From Isurus oxyrinchus (lineage: Eukaryota), in NCBI GenBank assembly GCA_026770705.1, contig JANJGN010000035.1, positions 14,694,001-14,758,000 of the forward strand: a DNA stretch of 64,000 nt, written 5' to 3'. The position numbers and the translations under genes are program-made. This document shows, piece after piece, positions 34,186-48,500 of this stretch (positions are counted from its first letter, which is position 1; the number at the start of each line of letters is the position of its first letter). The notes beneath the pieces were generated by a model. The model did not search any database and was not told the DNA's origin. It was given only the letters and a program-made list of their open reading frames with translations.

Positions 34186-37100
34186 ACCAGCACCTGCGCA
34201 GCACAGCGAACTTTACTGGCTGACGGCAAACATTGCGTCCTTCAGATTCTGCACTTTTCCTGTGGTCATCCACTGTATTCAGCAGATTCCTCTCACACAA
34301 CCATTCTCAATACTGTCGCTAAATTCAATCACAATTGCTCTTCACAAATCCTTACCCGCCCATTTCACCCGAACGTCCGGCCCGTGCCCATCAAAAGTCT
34401 CCCAATTTCTTTGTAAATTTGGGGTGCTGCCTGATTGAGTGATGAAAATATATAATATTCATCCACATTTAGTTTATTTCAAACACATGCACTATATGCA
34501 AGGAGCAGAACGGATAAAAAAAAACCCTCCTGAACGAATGTACGATAAAATGACTGCAGCGGACGAAACACAATCATAAAGTCGATTCATCATGGGTTGT
34601 TAATGTGTCACTGACGTGGATGATTCACATGAGAATCGAGAATTTCAATTAAAAAAGGCGGGCGAACAGGGATTTAGACACTGGGCCCTCAGCTTAAACA
34701 CCTGGTGCTCTGTCCAGTGCGCTCTCCGGGGCAGCAACCGGAATTTTATATATCCACATTCTCTGATGGCCTTCCAACCAGAACTCTGGGGGAACTGCAA
34801 TCACATTCAGATTGCACATTTCTCGCCCGATCTTCCGACAGGGGCGGGGTGAGAAACCCGCACTGCAGCGGATTACCCGGGCCTTCAGCAGAGGGAGACT
34901 GAAGCCACGACCCCGCCACCTCCACCTCCCCCCCACTTATTTCTTCCAGCACGAGCTACCCTAAACCAGTAAAGCAAAGTGGAGTTTGAGATTAAATACC
35001 ACAGAAAATCTGAAGAAGGGATATGCACACTCGAAACGTTAACTCTGTTTCTCTCTCTGTAGATGCTGTTGGACCTGCTGCGTTTTTCCATATTTTCCGC
35101 CTTTTGTTTCAGGTTTCCAGCATCAGCAGTACTTTGTTTTTACCTAGAGCTCAAATAATCTAGGAACGCAAAAGACTAACATTAAAATAATTTACAGGCG
35201 AGTACTTGCAATGGAGGCAGCATTGTGAAAGGAGCATGATGGGGTAGAAAGGATGATACCCCCAAACAATGAGAGACTGACGGCAGGGATATGAAGAAAA
35301 TACTTTGCTCTGGCATTTACAGCGAGATAATGCAGGGCTACGATCCTAGGCAATCAGCGGAGTGGGTCAGACTGGGTCAGAGAGAGCACAGATTAATTTA
35401 TGGGTTAAGTAGAGAAGCCCACGAAGCAGAGAGGGTCAGGGTTCATGTGATTCTACTGCTCGCTTGTTAAAGGTAGTATTTTGGGAAAGAGATTTGCATT
35501 CGGAAAGTTGGCTGTGAGGAAGTCATCAAGGGCGTTTAGTGAGGACCAGCTGCTCTCCGCAATCATCCTTGTTTAATTTCAGTTGCCATTTATTTGGCCA
35601 AAAGGGAGCACTGGTTCTATTAGAGATCGATCCCAAGTACAAGCTGCGCGCAAAGCAGACGCGGTAATCACTATGCCATAGAACCCTGGCTTGGGCTCAA
35701 TGTATGGAGATTCAGCCTGTGAAATTATGTTTTCAGTGTTTACATTTGGAAGGACTTCCTCAGACACCACCTCCTTGCTGACTGCACAAGTTCTTGCATT
35801 TGCCTCAAAGCGATGGTTCCCTCAATATTAATTATTGCTTTCAACCAGAGAGCCACCAACTCCCTCAAAAAAACAGGAAAGATGAGGCAGCATTTAATTA
35901 TTGGGGGCCGGGTGTCAGCGGGAATTGTAAAGGTGATGGCATCTGGAAAGCAATTGTGAAGAAAGTCTGGGGAGTTGGGCAGTGGGGGTGGGCGGAGGGT
36001 AGTGAGATAGGATGTGAGGCAAAAATCCGTTGAACAGACTTGGGAAGGAAATGCACAATTTGGACGATGCAGTGTTCACTGTCACCGAGTAGAGGTCGCT
36101 GTGTCAAACCGAGCTGCGGTCCCGGGCAACTCAGTCGGTAGAGCAGCAGATTCTTAATATGAGAAACAAAAACAAAAATATCTGGAAAAGCTCCGTAGGC
36201 CTGACAGCATCTGCGGAAACGGATACCATTTCCGTTTCGAGCCCGTATGACTATTCGTCAGGACAGAGCATAGTTTTCAAGACCTTGCTCGTGTATGTTG
36301 TTAAACCTGAATTATCGATTCTCTTGCAAATCAGTCTATTCCCGCGAATTCGCTCTCATCTCTTTAAGTTATTTTAAAGATTTGCGACATGCTGGTTGAT
36401 TGTAAAAGCAAATATTTTAAGGTGCAATATTTTAAGGTATTATGAATTGCTTTTTTTCGAATTTATCAATTATTATTTTCATCCAGCCCCAAGTAACACG
36501 GCTATGCGAAGCTCATCTTCCCTGTTCTCCAAATTAAACTCATTAAGCTCAGTGAATGCCATCCATGAAACTTATTTTGGAATATAATTTACATTATAAC
36601 ATTTACAGAATTTATTTTGAAACTTTGCAGGCAACTTGATCTTTCGAACCGGTCGTTTATAATGACTTTGCTTTAGGGACTAAATTAAGGCGTTATTTCC
36701 GGTAACAATTTTTTCATTCATTCGCCAGTTGTGGTGTCCCATCTACAAGATGAATTGCAGCAACTCTCCAAAGCTTCTTAGCACAATCCAAACTCGCAAA
36801 CTCCACCAAAGAAAAGGGCAGGTAGAGGCGTGGGAATATCAACACCTGCAATTTCCCCTCCAACCCTCAGACAATCCTAGTTTTGAACTCTATCGCAGTT
36901 TTTTTCACTGTTGTTTGATTCAAGTCTCTGTTCTGACTAAATCCTTGGAAATCACTTCCTAATAGAACTGTGGATGTACCTAAACCACCTGCGCTGCGCC
37001 GGTTCAAGGTCTTGGCTCAGCACCGCCTTCTCAAGGTTATTGGGGATGAGCTGCAGATGCTGGCCCAGTCAGCGATGCTCGTGTCATTATTTTGATTGAC

Positions 37101-39119
37101 AAGCTGATTCTCACCCAATGATACCGCATCAAGATGTAAAATATGCATTGCCTTCTTTTGGTGAAAGATATGCAAACGATCCCACAGCCCCATTTGTGAA
37201 GAGTTGCAGGGGAGTACCGCCTGAGGGCTTTTGTATATCACCTGATTAACACAGCAAAAACAGACGGTCAGGGATGGATCACATCATTATTTTTTTGAAA
37301 GCTTGCCCATGCCAAATCAGTTCAATGTTGAACCAACAAAGTGATAGAGAATGAATCTTTGAAACTGAGGCCCGGGGATCGTTCGTTGATTTGGCATTGT
37401 CAATGAATGAACACTCTGTAAAATACACACAGCAGTATCGGTGGGAAAAAAATAAATTTATTGATGAAAACATCAGACTTGTCCAAATCATAGCTTCAAT
37501 AAACCAATGCAATTTTTTTTACCTAAAATGTTTCAGAACATCATGCCTCCGAGCAAACAAGTAAACTACATTCAGAAAATGTACAAACATGAAGCATATT
37601 TGAAGGTTTAGTGCCCTGGATGGAATTGAAACATGTTTGTTTTATTCAGACATCAAAAAAATCAGATTGAAATTCCAGTGAAAAACGGGACTGAATGAAA
37701 ATAGCAATTGATGATTCCAGAACCTCTGCTCAATAGATTTCAATGCGCTCAATAGATTTCAATGCGCCGAGTTCAGAAAAAAAATACCACTTACAAAAAA
37801 CAGGGATGGTGACAACACTTTCGGTTACTTACAAGAACAGCACGGGCTAAGTGATTTACCAATTTGAAGCGGTGGCCGAGCAGGGCGTTGAACCCTACGC
37901 CCTCTCATATTAAAATTCTAATGTTTTACCGACTCTAATGTCTGGACTAGACGAGAGGTGAGTGCGCAGCGACATCCGCCGACTACGATGGGACATTACA
38001 GCGCGAACGTTCTCTTTGCTTTGGAATCATCCAGTCTCTTGAGGTTCTATCTCTCATGCATCCTTTCTCAGTGCCCCTATGCGTTCGGTGCACAAATCCT
38101 CACTGAAAACACGACCAGTTACATCCTCTTTCCTTGCTTATGTCTTATTGGGGCCCCGCGAGTGGAGCTAAGAGTAGAAATTTTAATTAGGAACTCACCG
38201 CTGCTTAAAAGTCAACGTGCACAAGGCAGGTCCAGCAGATGGAGCACAGTTTGGTTTAACATAGCAGAATGAGATTAAAAGACATGGCAGGAGGCTCAAG
38301 CGAAGCAACAACAAAACGATGGCTCGAACTGGCTGTACAGTATGGTCTTTTCCTGTGCCATATTGCAAAGTATTTATTTCTGTTCTGGAGAATAAAAATT
38401 CTGTGATTCTGCAGAACGGTATGAAAATGCAATTGAAAATTCAAAGCATTTCGGAAGCAACGACATTAACATTAAACACTCAGATTTTTGAAAAACCTGA
38501 TGCATTCCCAGCTCAATGATCCATGGTCCCACTTCAGTTTTACACCGGCACATTCACTGCCTGACATCCTGCATCTCATTTCCCATAGTGCAGACTGCAC
38601 TGTGTATTCCTCTCACACAGCCGCAAGTGCTGCCTCCCCAAGGCTTTACTTCCGAGAAGGTCAGCGTAAAATGTTCCGCGACCGCCCGAACACACCCCAT
38701 ATGTATGAGATACATATGCCCTGCCAAAGGCAGGGGCTGGCTACTCGGCCCTTCAATACTGCTCTGCCATTGAATAATGTGATGGCCTATCTGCCGGCAA
38801 CGTCCGTCTACCCCGATACACTTTCACCCACCCCTTCTTAATCAAGAATCTATCAGCATCAAAAACATTCAAAGGCTCTTCTTCCACTACCTTATGAGGA
38901 AGAGGACACCAAAGATAATTTCGAAAATACCATTCAATGCAAGTGAAAACACGGCCATCACAAAACACTTTTCAATTCAAATAGAATCAACAGTTGGCAA
39001 ATCTTGGAAATATATTAACGGAATTTGCAGATCTTGGAAATATCTTACAGGAATTTACAGTAATTGCTCATGATTTCTGCGATTTACATGAGAATCGATA
39101 GGTAGCGCTAAAAACGCAT

Positions 39120-39192
39120 CGCCCGAACAGGGACTTGAACCCTGGACCCTCAGATTAAAAGTCTGATGCTCTCCCGACTGAACTATCAGGGC
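39120..39192 (-). tRNA. tRNA-Lys(TTT) variant, function uncertain
   Basis: 3 differences: G5T (acceptor mismatch), C11T (wobble) and T20G. B-box and anticodon arm intact; T5 tract downstream. Confidence 0.5.
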
Positions 39193-42100
39193 ACTTGCGC
39201 TGCCATTGGATAGTAGCCCTTACTGGCTGACAGCCAACAATGCATCCTTCGAATTCTGTTCTTTTCCTGCTATCATCCACTGTATTCAGCGGATTCCTCT
39301 CACGCACCCACTCTCAATATCATCGCTAACTTCAATCACAATTGCTCTTCACAAATCCTAACCCGTCCATATCACCCCAAAGTCCAGCCCGTTCCCATCA
39401 AACGTCTCCCACATTTCTTTGTAAATTTGGGGCACTGCCTGCTTGAAAGAAAAAAATATATAATCTTTATCCAACAGCCCCACATTTAGTTTATTTCAAA
39501 GACATGCACAATATGCAAGGAGCCGAACGGATATAAAACCCTCTTGAACGAATGTACTATAAAATGACTGTGCCGGACGAAACGTAATCACATAATCAAT
39601 TCATCGTGGGTTGTTGATGTGTCACTAAAGTGGATGATTCTCACGAGAATCGAGAATTTAAGCAAAAAAGGCGGGCGAACAGCGAATTAGACGCTGGGCC
39701 CTCAGCTTAAACGGCTGATGCTCAGTCCAATGCGCTCTTCGGGGCAGCAACCGGAATTTTATATATCCATGTTCTCTGGTCGCAATCCAACCAGAACTCC
39801 AGAGGAACTGCAATCACATTCAGGTTGCGCATTTCTCGCCCGATATTACGACAGGAGCAGGGCGAGAAATCCGCACCGCAGCGGAATCCACGGGCCTTCA
39901 GCAGCGGGAGACTGAAGCCACGCCCCCGCCGCCTCCACCTCCACCTCCACCCAACCTATTTCTTCCGGCACGAGCTGGCCTAAACCTGTAAAGCAAAGTG
40001 GAGTTTGAGATTAAATAACACTAACACTGAAGCAGGGATATACACACTCAAAACATTAACTCTGTTTCTCTCTCCACAGATGCTGTTAGATCTGCTGCGT
40101 TTTTCCATATTTTCCCCATTTTGTTGCAGATTTCCAGTAGCAGCAGTATTTTGCTTTTACCTAGAAGTTAAATAATCTAGGAACACAATAGACTAACGTT
40201 AAAATATTTTACAGGCGAGTACTTACAATGGAGGCTGCATTGGCAAAGCATCGTAATGGGGTAGAAAGGATGGTAACCCCAAATAATAAGAGACAGACGG
40301 CAGGGATATTAAGTAAATACTTTGCTCTTGCATTTACGGCGAGATAAAGTGGGGCGATGGTCCTAGGGGATCGGCGGAGTGGGTCAGACCGAGTCAGAGA
40401 GACAACAGATTAATTTATGCGTTATCTGGAGAAGCACACGAAGCAGAGAGGGTCAGGGTTCGGGTGAATGTAATGCTCGTTTATTAAAGGTAGTATTTTG
40501 AGAAAGAGATTTGCATTCAGCATGTTGGCTGTGAGGAACACATCAGGGGCGTTTAGTGAGGACCAGCCGCTCTTCACCATCATCCTTGTTTAATTTCAGT
40601 TGCCATTTATTTGGCCAAAATTTAGCATTGGTTCTAGTGGGGATCCATCCCAAGGACCTGCTGCGCACAAAGTAGACGCGATAATCACTATGTCATAGAA
40701 CCCTGGCTTTGGCTGTGTGAATGGTGATTCAGCCTGTGAAATTCTGTTTTCAGTGTTTGCATGTGGAAGGAATTCCTAAGACTCCACCTCTTTTCTGGTT
40801 GCACAAGTTCTTCCATTTGCCTTACAGTGATGGTACCCTCAATATTAATTATTGTTTTCAACCAGAGAGCCAACAACACCCTCAAAAACAGAGGAACAAT
40901 GAGGCAGCATTTAATGATTGCGGGCCGGTGACTGGCGGGAAGTACAAAGGTGAGGGCGTCTGGAAAATAATTGTGAAGAAAGTGTGTGGGGTTGGGCGGT
41001 GCTGGTGGGTGGAGCGTAGTGCGATAGAATGTGAGGCAAAAGATGCCACAGCCCCATCGCGAAGAGGATCAAGGCAGTAACGCCTGAGGGCTTTTGCATT
41101 TCATTTCATTAGCGCAGCAAAAACGGACGATCAGTCACGGATCACATGGTTATTTTTTCGGAAGCTTACCCATGGCAAATCTTTTCAATGTTAAACCAAC
41201 TAAGTGATAGAGAATCAAACTTTTAAACCGAGGCCCGGGGATCGTTCGTTGATTTGGCATTGCCAATGAATGAACACCCTGTAAAATACACACTAACAAC
41301 AGTACCGGTGGATAGAAAGTAAATTTATTGATGAAAACCTCAGACTTGTCCTAATAAATGCTTCAATAAACCAATGCAATTTTTTTCCTAAAATGTTTCG
41401 AAAAAACACGTCTCCGAGCAAAATATTAAACTGCATTCAGAAAATGTACAAGCAGGAATCATACTTGGATGGAATTGAAACATGTTTGTTTGATTCAGGC
41501 ATCAAAAAATGAGATTGAATTTCCCTTGAAGCATGGGACTGAATGCAAATAGGAACTGATGATCCCGGAACCTCTGCTCAATATATTTCAAAGCGCCGAC
41601 TTCAGAAAAAAAATACCACTTACGAAAAACGGGGTGGTGACAACACTTTCGGTTACTTACAAGAACAGCACGGGCTATGTGATATCCAAATTTGAAGCGG
41701 TGGCCGAGCAGGGCTTAGAACCCTGCGCCCTCTCATATTAAAATTCTGATGCTTTCCGACTCCGATATCTGGACGAGACGACAGGTGATCCCGCAGCGAC
41801 CTCAGCCGGCTAAGATGGAACATTACAGTGCACACTGTGTTCGAGAGAATAAAAATGCGACTGAAAATTAAAAGCAATTCGGAAGCAAGGACATGAAGTC
41901 AGATTTTAAAAAAACATGATGCATTCCCAGATCCACTATCCATGTTCGCACTTCTGTTTTCAAGCGGCACATTCACTGCCTGACATCCTGCACCTCATTT
42001 CCCAATAGTACAGCCTGCACTGTGTATTCCTCTCACACAGCCACAAGTGCTGCCTCTCCGAGGCATTACATCCGAGAAGGTCACCGTAAAATATTCCGCA

Positions 42101-42512
42101 ACCCCCCGACTCGCCCCGTATGTATGAAATACATACGAACCAGGAGCAGGGGCTGGCCACTCGGCCCTTCAAAACTGCTCAATAAGATGATGGCCTATCT
42201 GATTGCAACCTCCGTCTACCCCGATACACCTTCACTCAACCCTTGCTAATCAAGAATCTTTCAGCATCAAAAGCATTCCAGGGCTCTTCTTCCACTATCT
42301 TATGAGGAAGAGGACTCCAAAGATAATTTCGGAAATACCATTCAATGCAAGTGAAAACACGGCCATCACAAAACACTTTGCAAATCAAATCAGCAGTCGA
42401 CAATCTTGGAAATATTTCAAAGGAATTTGCAGACCTTGGAAATATCATAAAGGCATTTGCCGTAATTCCGCATGATTTCTGCGATTGACATGAGAATCGA
42501 TAAGTACCGCTG

Positions 42513-42516
42513 AAAA
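42513..42516 (-). terminator. Pol III oligo-T terminator (T4)
   Basis: AAAA on the plus strand, 5 nt past the 3' end of tRNA 42522-42594. Confidence 0.55.
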
Positions 42517-42521
42517 CTCAA

Positions 42522-42594
42522 CGCCCGAACAGGGACTTGAACCCTGGACCCTCAGATTAAAAGTCTGATGCTCTACCGGCTGAGCTATCCGGGC
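42522..42594 (-). tRNA. tRNA-Lys-TTT: tRNA-Lys(TTT), intact
   Basis: GCCCGGATAGCTCAGCCGGTAGAGCATCAGACTTTTAATCTGAGGGTCCAGGGTTCAAGTCCCTGTTCGGGCG; the only change is T16C in the D loop. Confidence 0.93.
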
Positions 42595-45431
42595 TCTGGC
42601 ATCGCAGCCGGTAGGTCCCTTTACTGGCTGACAGCGAACAATGCATCCTTCAGATTCTGTTCTTTTCCTGCTGTCATCCACTTTCTTCAGCGGATTCCTC
42701 TCACGCACCCACTCTCAATACCATCGCTAAATTCAATCACAATTGGCTTCACAAATCCTAACCCGTGCATTTCACCCCAAAGTCCAGCCCATGCCCATCA
42801 AACGTCTCCCATTTTTCTTTGTAAATTTGGAGTGCTGCCTGCTTGAAGGAAAAAACATGTATAATCTTCATTCAACAGCCACATTTAGGTTATTTCAACC
42901 ACATGCACAATATGCAAGGAGCCGAAAGGATATCAAACTCTCTTGAACGAATGTACGATAAAATGACGGTGCCGGACGAAAGACAATTACAAAGTCGATT
43001 CATCGTGGTTTGTTGATGTGTCACTGAAGTGGATGATTCGCATGAGAATCGAGAATAGGCGAGCGAACAGGGAATTAGACACTGGGCACACAGCTTAAAC
43101 GGCTGATGCTCATTCCAATGCGCTCTCAGGGGCAGCAACAGGAATTTTATATATCCATGTTCTCTGGCTGCCATCCAACCAGAACTACAGAGGAACTGCA
43201 ATCACATTCAGATTGCACATTTCTCGCCCGATCTTCCGACAGGAGCAGGGCGAGAAATCCGCATCGCAGCGGGTTCCACGGGCCTTCAGCAGCGGGAGAC
43301 TGAAGCCACGCCCCCGCCGCCTCCACCTCCACCTCCAACCCTGCCCCACCCAGCCCCCCCCCCCCCCCCCCCCCCCACCTATTTCTTCCGGCACGAGCTA
43401 CCCTAAACCAATAAAGCAAAGTTGAGTTTGAGATTCAATAACACTGAAACTCTCAACAAAGTATATACACACTCGATACGTGAACTCTGTTTCTCTCGCC
43501 ACAGATGCTGTTAGACCAGCTGAGTTTTTCCAGAATTTCTCTTTTTGTTTCAGGTTTTCAGCATCAGCAGTATTTTGCTTTTACCTAGAGCTTAAATAAT
43601 CTAGGAACACAAAATACCACGTAAATATAATTTAAAGGCGAATACTTACAACGGAGGCAGCTTTGCGAAAGGAGCGTGATGGGGTAGAAAGGATGATACC
43701 CCCAAATAAGGAGAGACAAACGGCAGGGATATTAAGTATATAAATTGCTCTGGCATTTACGGTGAGATAAAGCAGGGCTATGATCCTAGGGGATCAGCGG
43801 AGTGGGTCAGACAGAGTCAGAGAGACAACAGATTCATTTGTGGGCTATCTAGAGAAGCACACGAAGCAGAGACGGTCAGGGTTCGGGTGATTGTGCTGCT
43901 CACGTATTAAAGGTAGTATTTTGGGAAAGAGATTTACATTCAGCATGTTGGCTGTGTGGAGCACATCAAGGGCGTTTAGTGAGGACCAGCTGCTCTTCAA
44001 AATCATCCTTGTTTAATTTCAGTTGTCATTTATTTGGCCAAAAGGCAGCATTGGTTCTAATGTGGATCGATCCCAAATACGTGCTGCGTGCAAAGCAGAC
44101 GCGATAATCACTATGAAGTAGAACCTTGGCTTGGGCTCTGTGAATGGAGTTTCAGCCTGCGAAATTCTGTGTTCAGTGTTTGCATTTGGAAGGAATTCCT
44201 TTAGACTCCACCTCCTCGCTGGCTGCACAAGTTCTTGCATTTGCCTTAAAGTGGTGGTTCCTTCAATATTTATAATTGCTTTCAACCAGAGAGCCACCAA
44301 CTCCCTCAAAAAAAAACAGCAAAATGAGGCAGCGGGCCGGGGACTGGCAGAAAGTGCAAAGCTGAGGGCGTCTGGAAAGTAATTGTGAAGAAAGTCTGTG
44401 GAGTTGGGCGGTGGGGGTGGGCGGAGGGCAGTGAGATAGGATGTGAGACAGAAATCCGCTGAACAGACTTGGGAAGGAAATTCACAATTTGGACGATGCA
44501 ATGTTCACTGGCAGCGACTAGGGGTCGCTGTGTCAAACCGCACTGGGGTCCTCGGCAATTCAGTCGGTAGTGCATCACGTTGTTAATATGAGAAACAAGA
44601 ATAAAAATACCTGGGAAAGGTCTGCAGGTCTGACAGCATCTGCGGAAAGGGATACAGTTAATGCTTCGAGCCCGTATGACTATTCGTCAGGACTGAGCAT
44701 ACTTTTCAAGCTCTTGCCCCTGTATGTTTTTAAACCTGAATTATCGATTCTCTTGTAAATCATTCTCTGCCCCCGAACTCGCTCTCATCTCTTTAAGTTA
44801 TTTTAAATAATTTGCGACATGCTGGTTGTTTGTAAAAGGAAATATTTTAACGTGCAATATTTTACGGTATTATGAATTGGGTTTTTTTCGAAATTATCAA
44901 TTATTATTTTCATCCATCCCGAAGTAACACGGCTATGCGAAGCTGACCTTCCCTGCTCTCGAAATTAAACTCATTAACCTCATTGAATTCCATCCATGAA
45001 ACTTAACTTTGAAATATAATTTACATTATCACATTTTCTGAATTATTTCGAAACTTTACAGGCAACTTGCTGTTTCGAACCTGCCGTTCATAAAGACTTT
45101 GCTTTAAAGACTAAAATAAGGTGTTATTTCTGGCCGCAATTTTTTCATTCATTTGCCAGTTGTGGTGTCCCATCTACAAGATGAAATGCATCAACTCTCC
45201 AAAGCTTCTTGGCACAATCCAAACTCGCAGACTCCACCAAAGACAAGGATTCCAAAGATAATTTCGAAAATACCATTCAATGCAAGTGAAATACTACCAT
45301 CAGAAAACACTTCTCAATTCACATAGAATCGGCAGTAGTCAAATCTTGCAAATATCTTAAAGGCATTTGCAGAAATTGCTCCTGATTTCTGCGATTTACA
45401 TGAGAATCGATAAGTAGCGATAAAAGCTCAT

Positions 45432-45504
45432 CGCTCAAACAGGGACTTGAATGCGGGGCCTTCAGATTAAAAGTCGGATCATCTACCGACTGAGCTATCC
45501 AAGC
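45432..45504 (-). pseudogene. tRNA-Lys pseudogene
   Basis: cgctcaaacagggacttgaatgcggggccttcagattaaaagtcggatcatctaccgactgagctatccaagc; T and D stems broken. Confidence 0.85.
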
Positions 45505-48500
45505 TCTGACACTGTCCCCGGACAAACTCATTTACTGGCTGACAGCGAACAATTCATCCTTCAGATTCTGTTCTTTTCCTGCTGTCATACACTGTATTCA
45601 GGGGATTCCTCTCACGCACCCACTCTCACTACCATCGCTAAATTCAGTCACAATTGCTCTTCACAAATCCTAACCCGTTCATTTCACGCCAAAGTCTTGC
45701 GCGTGCACATCAAACGTCTCCGATTTTTCTTTCTAAATTAGGGGTGCTGCCTGATTGAAAGAAAAAATATATAATGTTCATCCAACAGCTACATTTATGT
45801 TATTACAAACACATGCACAATATGCAAGGAGTCGACTGGATAAAAAACCCTCCTGAATGAATGTACGATAAAATGACAGTGCCGGACGAAACACAATCAC
45901 AAAGTCCATTCCTCATGTGTTGTTGATGTATCATTATAGTGGATGATCCGCATGGCAATCGAGAATTTACAATAAAAAAGGCGGCCGAACTGGGAATTAG
46001 ACCCTGGGCCCTCAACTTAAGCGGCTGGTGCTCTGCCCAGTGCGCTCTCTGGAATTTTAGATATCCATGTTCGCTGGCTGCCATCCAACCAGAACTCCGG
46101 AGGAACTGCAATCACATTCAGATTGCACATTTCTCGCCGGATCCTCCAACAGAGGCAGGGTTAGAAATCCGCACCGCAGCAAGTTCCCGGGCAATCGGCA
46201 GCGGGAGACTGAGGCCACGCTCCCAGCGCCTCCACCTCCCCCTCCAACCCACCTATTTCTTCTGGCACGAGCTACCCTAAACCAGTAAAGCAAAGCGGAG
46301 TTTTAGATTCAATAACACTGAAACTCTGAAGCTGGGATATACACACTCGAAACGTTAATTCTGTTTCTCTCTCCACAGATGCTCTTAGACCGGCCGACTT
46401 TTACTAACATTCCCCCTTTTTGTTTCAGGTTTCCAGCATCATTTAGATTTCAAATTTTCAACAATATTTAGCTTTTACCTAGAGCTAAAATAAGCTAGGA
46501 ACACAAAAGACTACGGTAAAATATTTTACAGGCGAGTACTTATAGTGGAGGCAGCATTGGGAAAGTAGAGTGATGGGGTAGAAAGGATGATACCCCCAAA
46601 TAACGAGAGACAGACGGCAGGGATATTAAGTATATACTTTGCTCTGGCATGTACGGCGAGATAAAGCAGGGCTATGATCCTAGGGGATCAGCGGAGTGGG
46701 TCAGACCGAGTCAGAAAGACAACAGATTAATTTATAGACTATCTAGAGAAGCACACGAAGCAGAGAAGGTCAGGATTCGGGTGATTGTACTGCTCGATTA
46801 CTAAAGGTAGTATTTTGGGAAAGAGATTTACATTCAGCATGTTGATTGTGAGGAACTCATCAAAGGCGTTTAGTGAGGACCAGCTGCTCTTCACAATCAT
46901 CGCTGTTTAATTTCAGTTGCCATGTTTTTCGCCAAAAGACAGCATTGTTTCTACTGGGGATCGATCCCAAGGACCTGCTGGGCGTCAAGCAGACACAATA
47001 ATCACTATAAAGTAGAACCCTGGCTTTAGCTCTGTGTATGTAGATTTAGCCTGCGAAATTCGGTTTTCAGCGTTTACATTTGGAAGGAATTCCTAAGACT
47101 CCACCTCCTTGCTGGTTGCACAAGTTCTTGCATTTGCCTTAAAGTGGTGGGTCCCTCAATATTACTTATTGCTCTCCACCAGAGAGCCACCAACTCCCTC
47201 AAAAAATCAGGAAAAATGAGGCAGCGTTTAATGGCCGGGGATTGGCGGGAAGTGCAAAGGTGAGGGCGTCTGGAAAGTAATTGTGAAGAAAGTCTGTGGG
47301 GTTGGACGGTGGTGGTGGGCAGAGGGTAGTGAGATAGGATGTGAGGCAAAAATCCGCTGAACAGACTTGGGAAGGAAATGCACAATTTGGACGATGCAAT
47401 GTTCACTGTCAGCGACTAGAGGTCGCTGTGTCAAACGGCACTGAGGTCCTGCGCAACTCAGTCGGTAGAGCATCAGATTCTTAACATGAGAAACAAAAAC
47501 AAGATAGCTGGAAAAGCTCAGTAGGTCTGACAGCATCTGGGAAAGGGATACAGTTAACGTTTCGAGCCCGCATGACTATTCGTCAGGACTGAGCATAGTG
47601 TTCAAGTCTTTGCTCCTGTGATGTTTTTAAAGCTGAATTTTCGATTCTCGTGCAAACCATTCATCCCCGCGAATTCGCTCTCATTTCCTTAAGTTATTTG
47701 AAAGATTTGCGACATGCTGGTTGCTTGTAAAAGGAAGAATATTATCTGATGCAATATTTTAAAGTATTATGAATGTTTTCTTTCGAAATTATCAATTATT
47801 CTTTTCATCCAGCCCCAAGTAACACGGCTATGCGAAGCTGATCTTCCCTGCTCAAGGAATTTAACTCATTGAATTCCATCCAGGAAACTTAATTTCGGAA
47901 TATAATTTACATTATAACATTTTCTGAATTTATTTTCAAGCTATGCAGACAACTTCATGTCTCGAAGCGGTCATTCATAATGACTTTGCTTTAAAAACTA
48001 AATTAAGTAGTTATTTCAGGTAGCAATTTTTTTTCATTCATTCGCCAGTTGTGGTGTCCCATTTACAAGATGAACTGCAGCAACTCTCCAAAGCTTCTTG
48101 GCACCATCCAAACTCGCAGATTCCACCAAATTCAAGGGCAGGGAGAGTCAAGGGAACATCAACACCTGAAATTTCACTTCCAACCCACAGACAGTCCTAG
48201 TTTCGAACTCTATAGCAGTTGTTTCACTGTTGTTGGATTCAACTCCCTGTTCTGACTAATTCCTTGGAACTCACTTGATAACAAAACTGTGGGGTACCTG
48301 AACCACATGGGCTGCGCCGGTAGATGGACGTGGCTCAACATCACTTTCTCAAGGGTTTTGGGGATGTGCTACAGATTGTGGCCCATTCAGTGATGCCTGC
48401 TTCATTATTTGATTGACAAGCTTATTTCCACCCACTGACACTGCTCAAAGATCTACCCAAGCATCGCATCCTCTTGGTGAAAGATGTGCAAAAGATCCCA

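Noticed and set aside
42445-42708. ORF containing ARIAQPVEHQTFNLRVQGSSPCSG (similar ORFs at 45319, 58179, 61068)
   Set aside because: This is the translation of the tRNA-Lys sequence, a common false protein.
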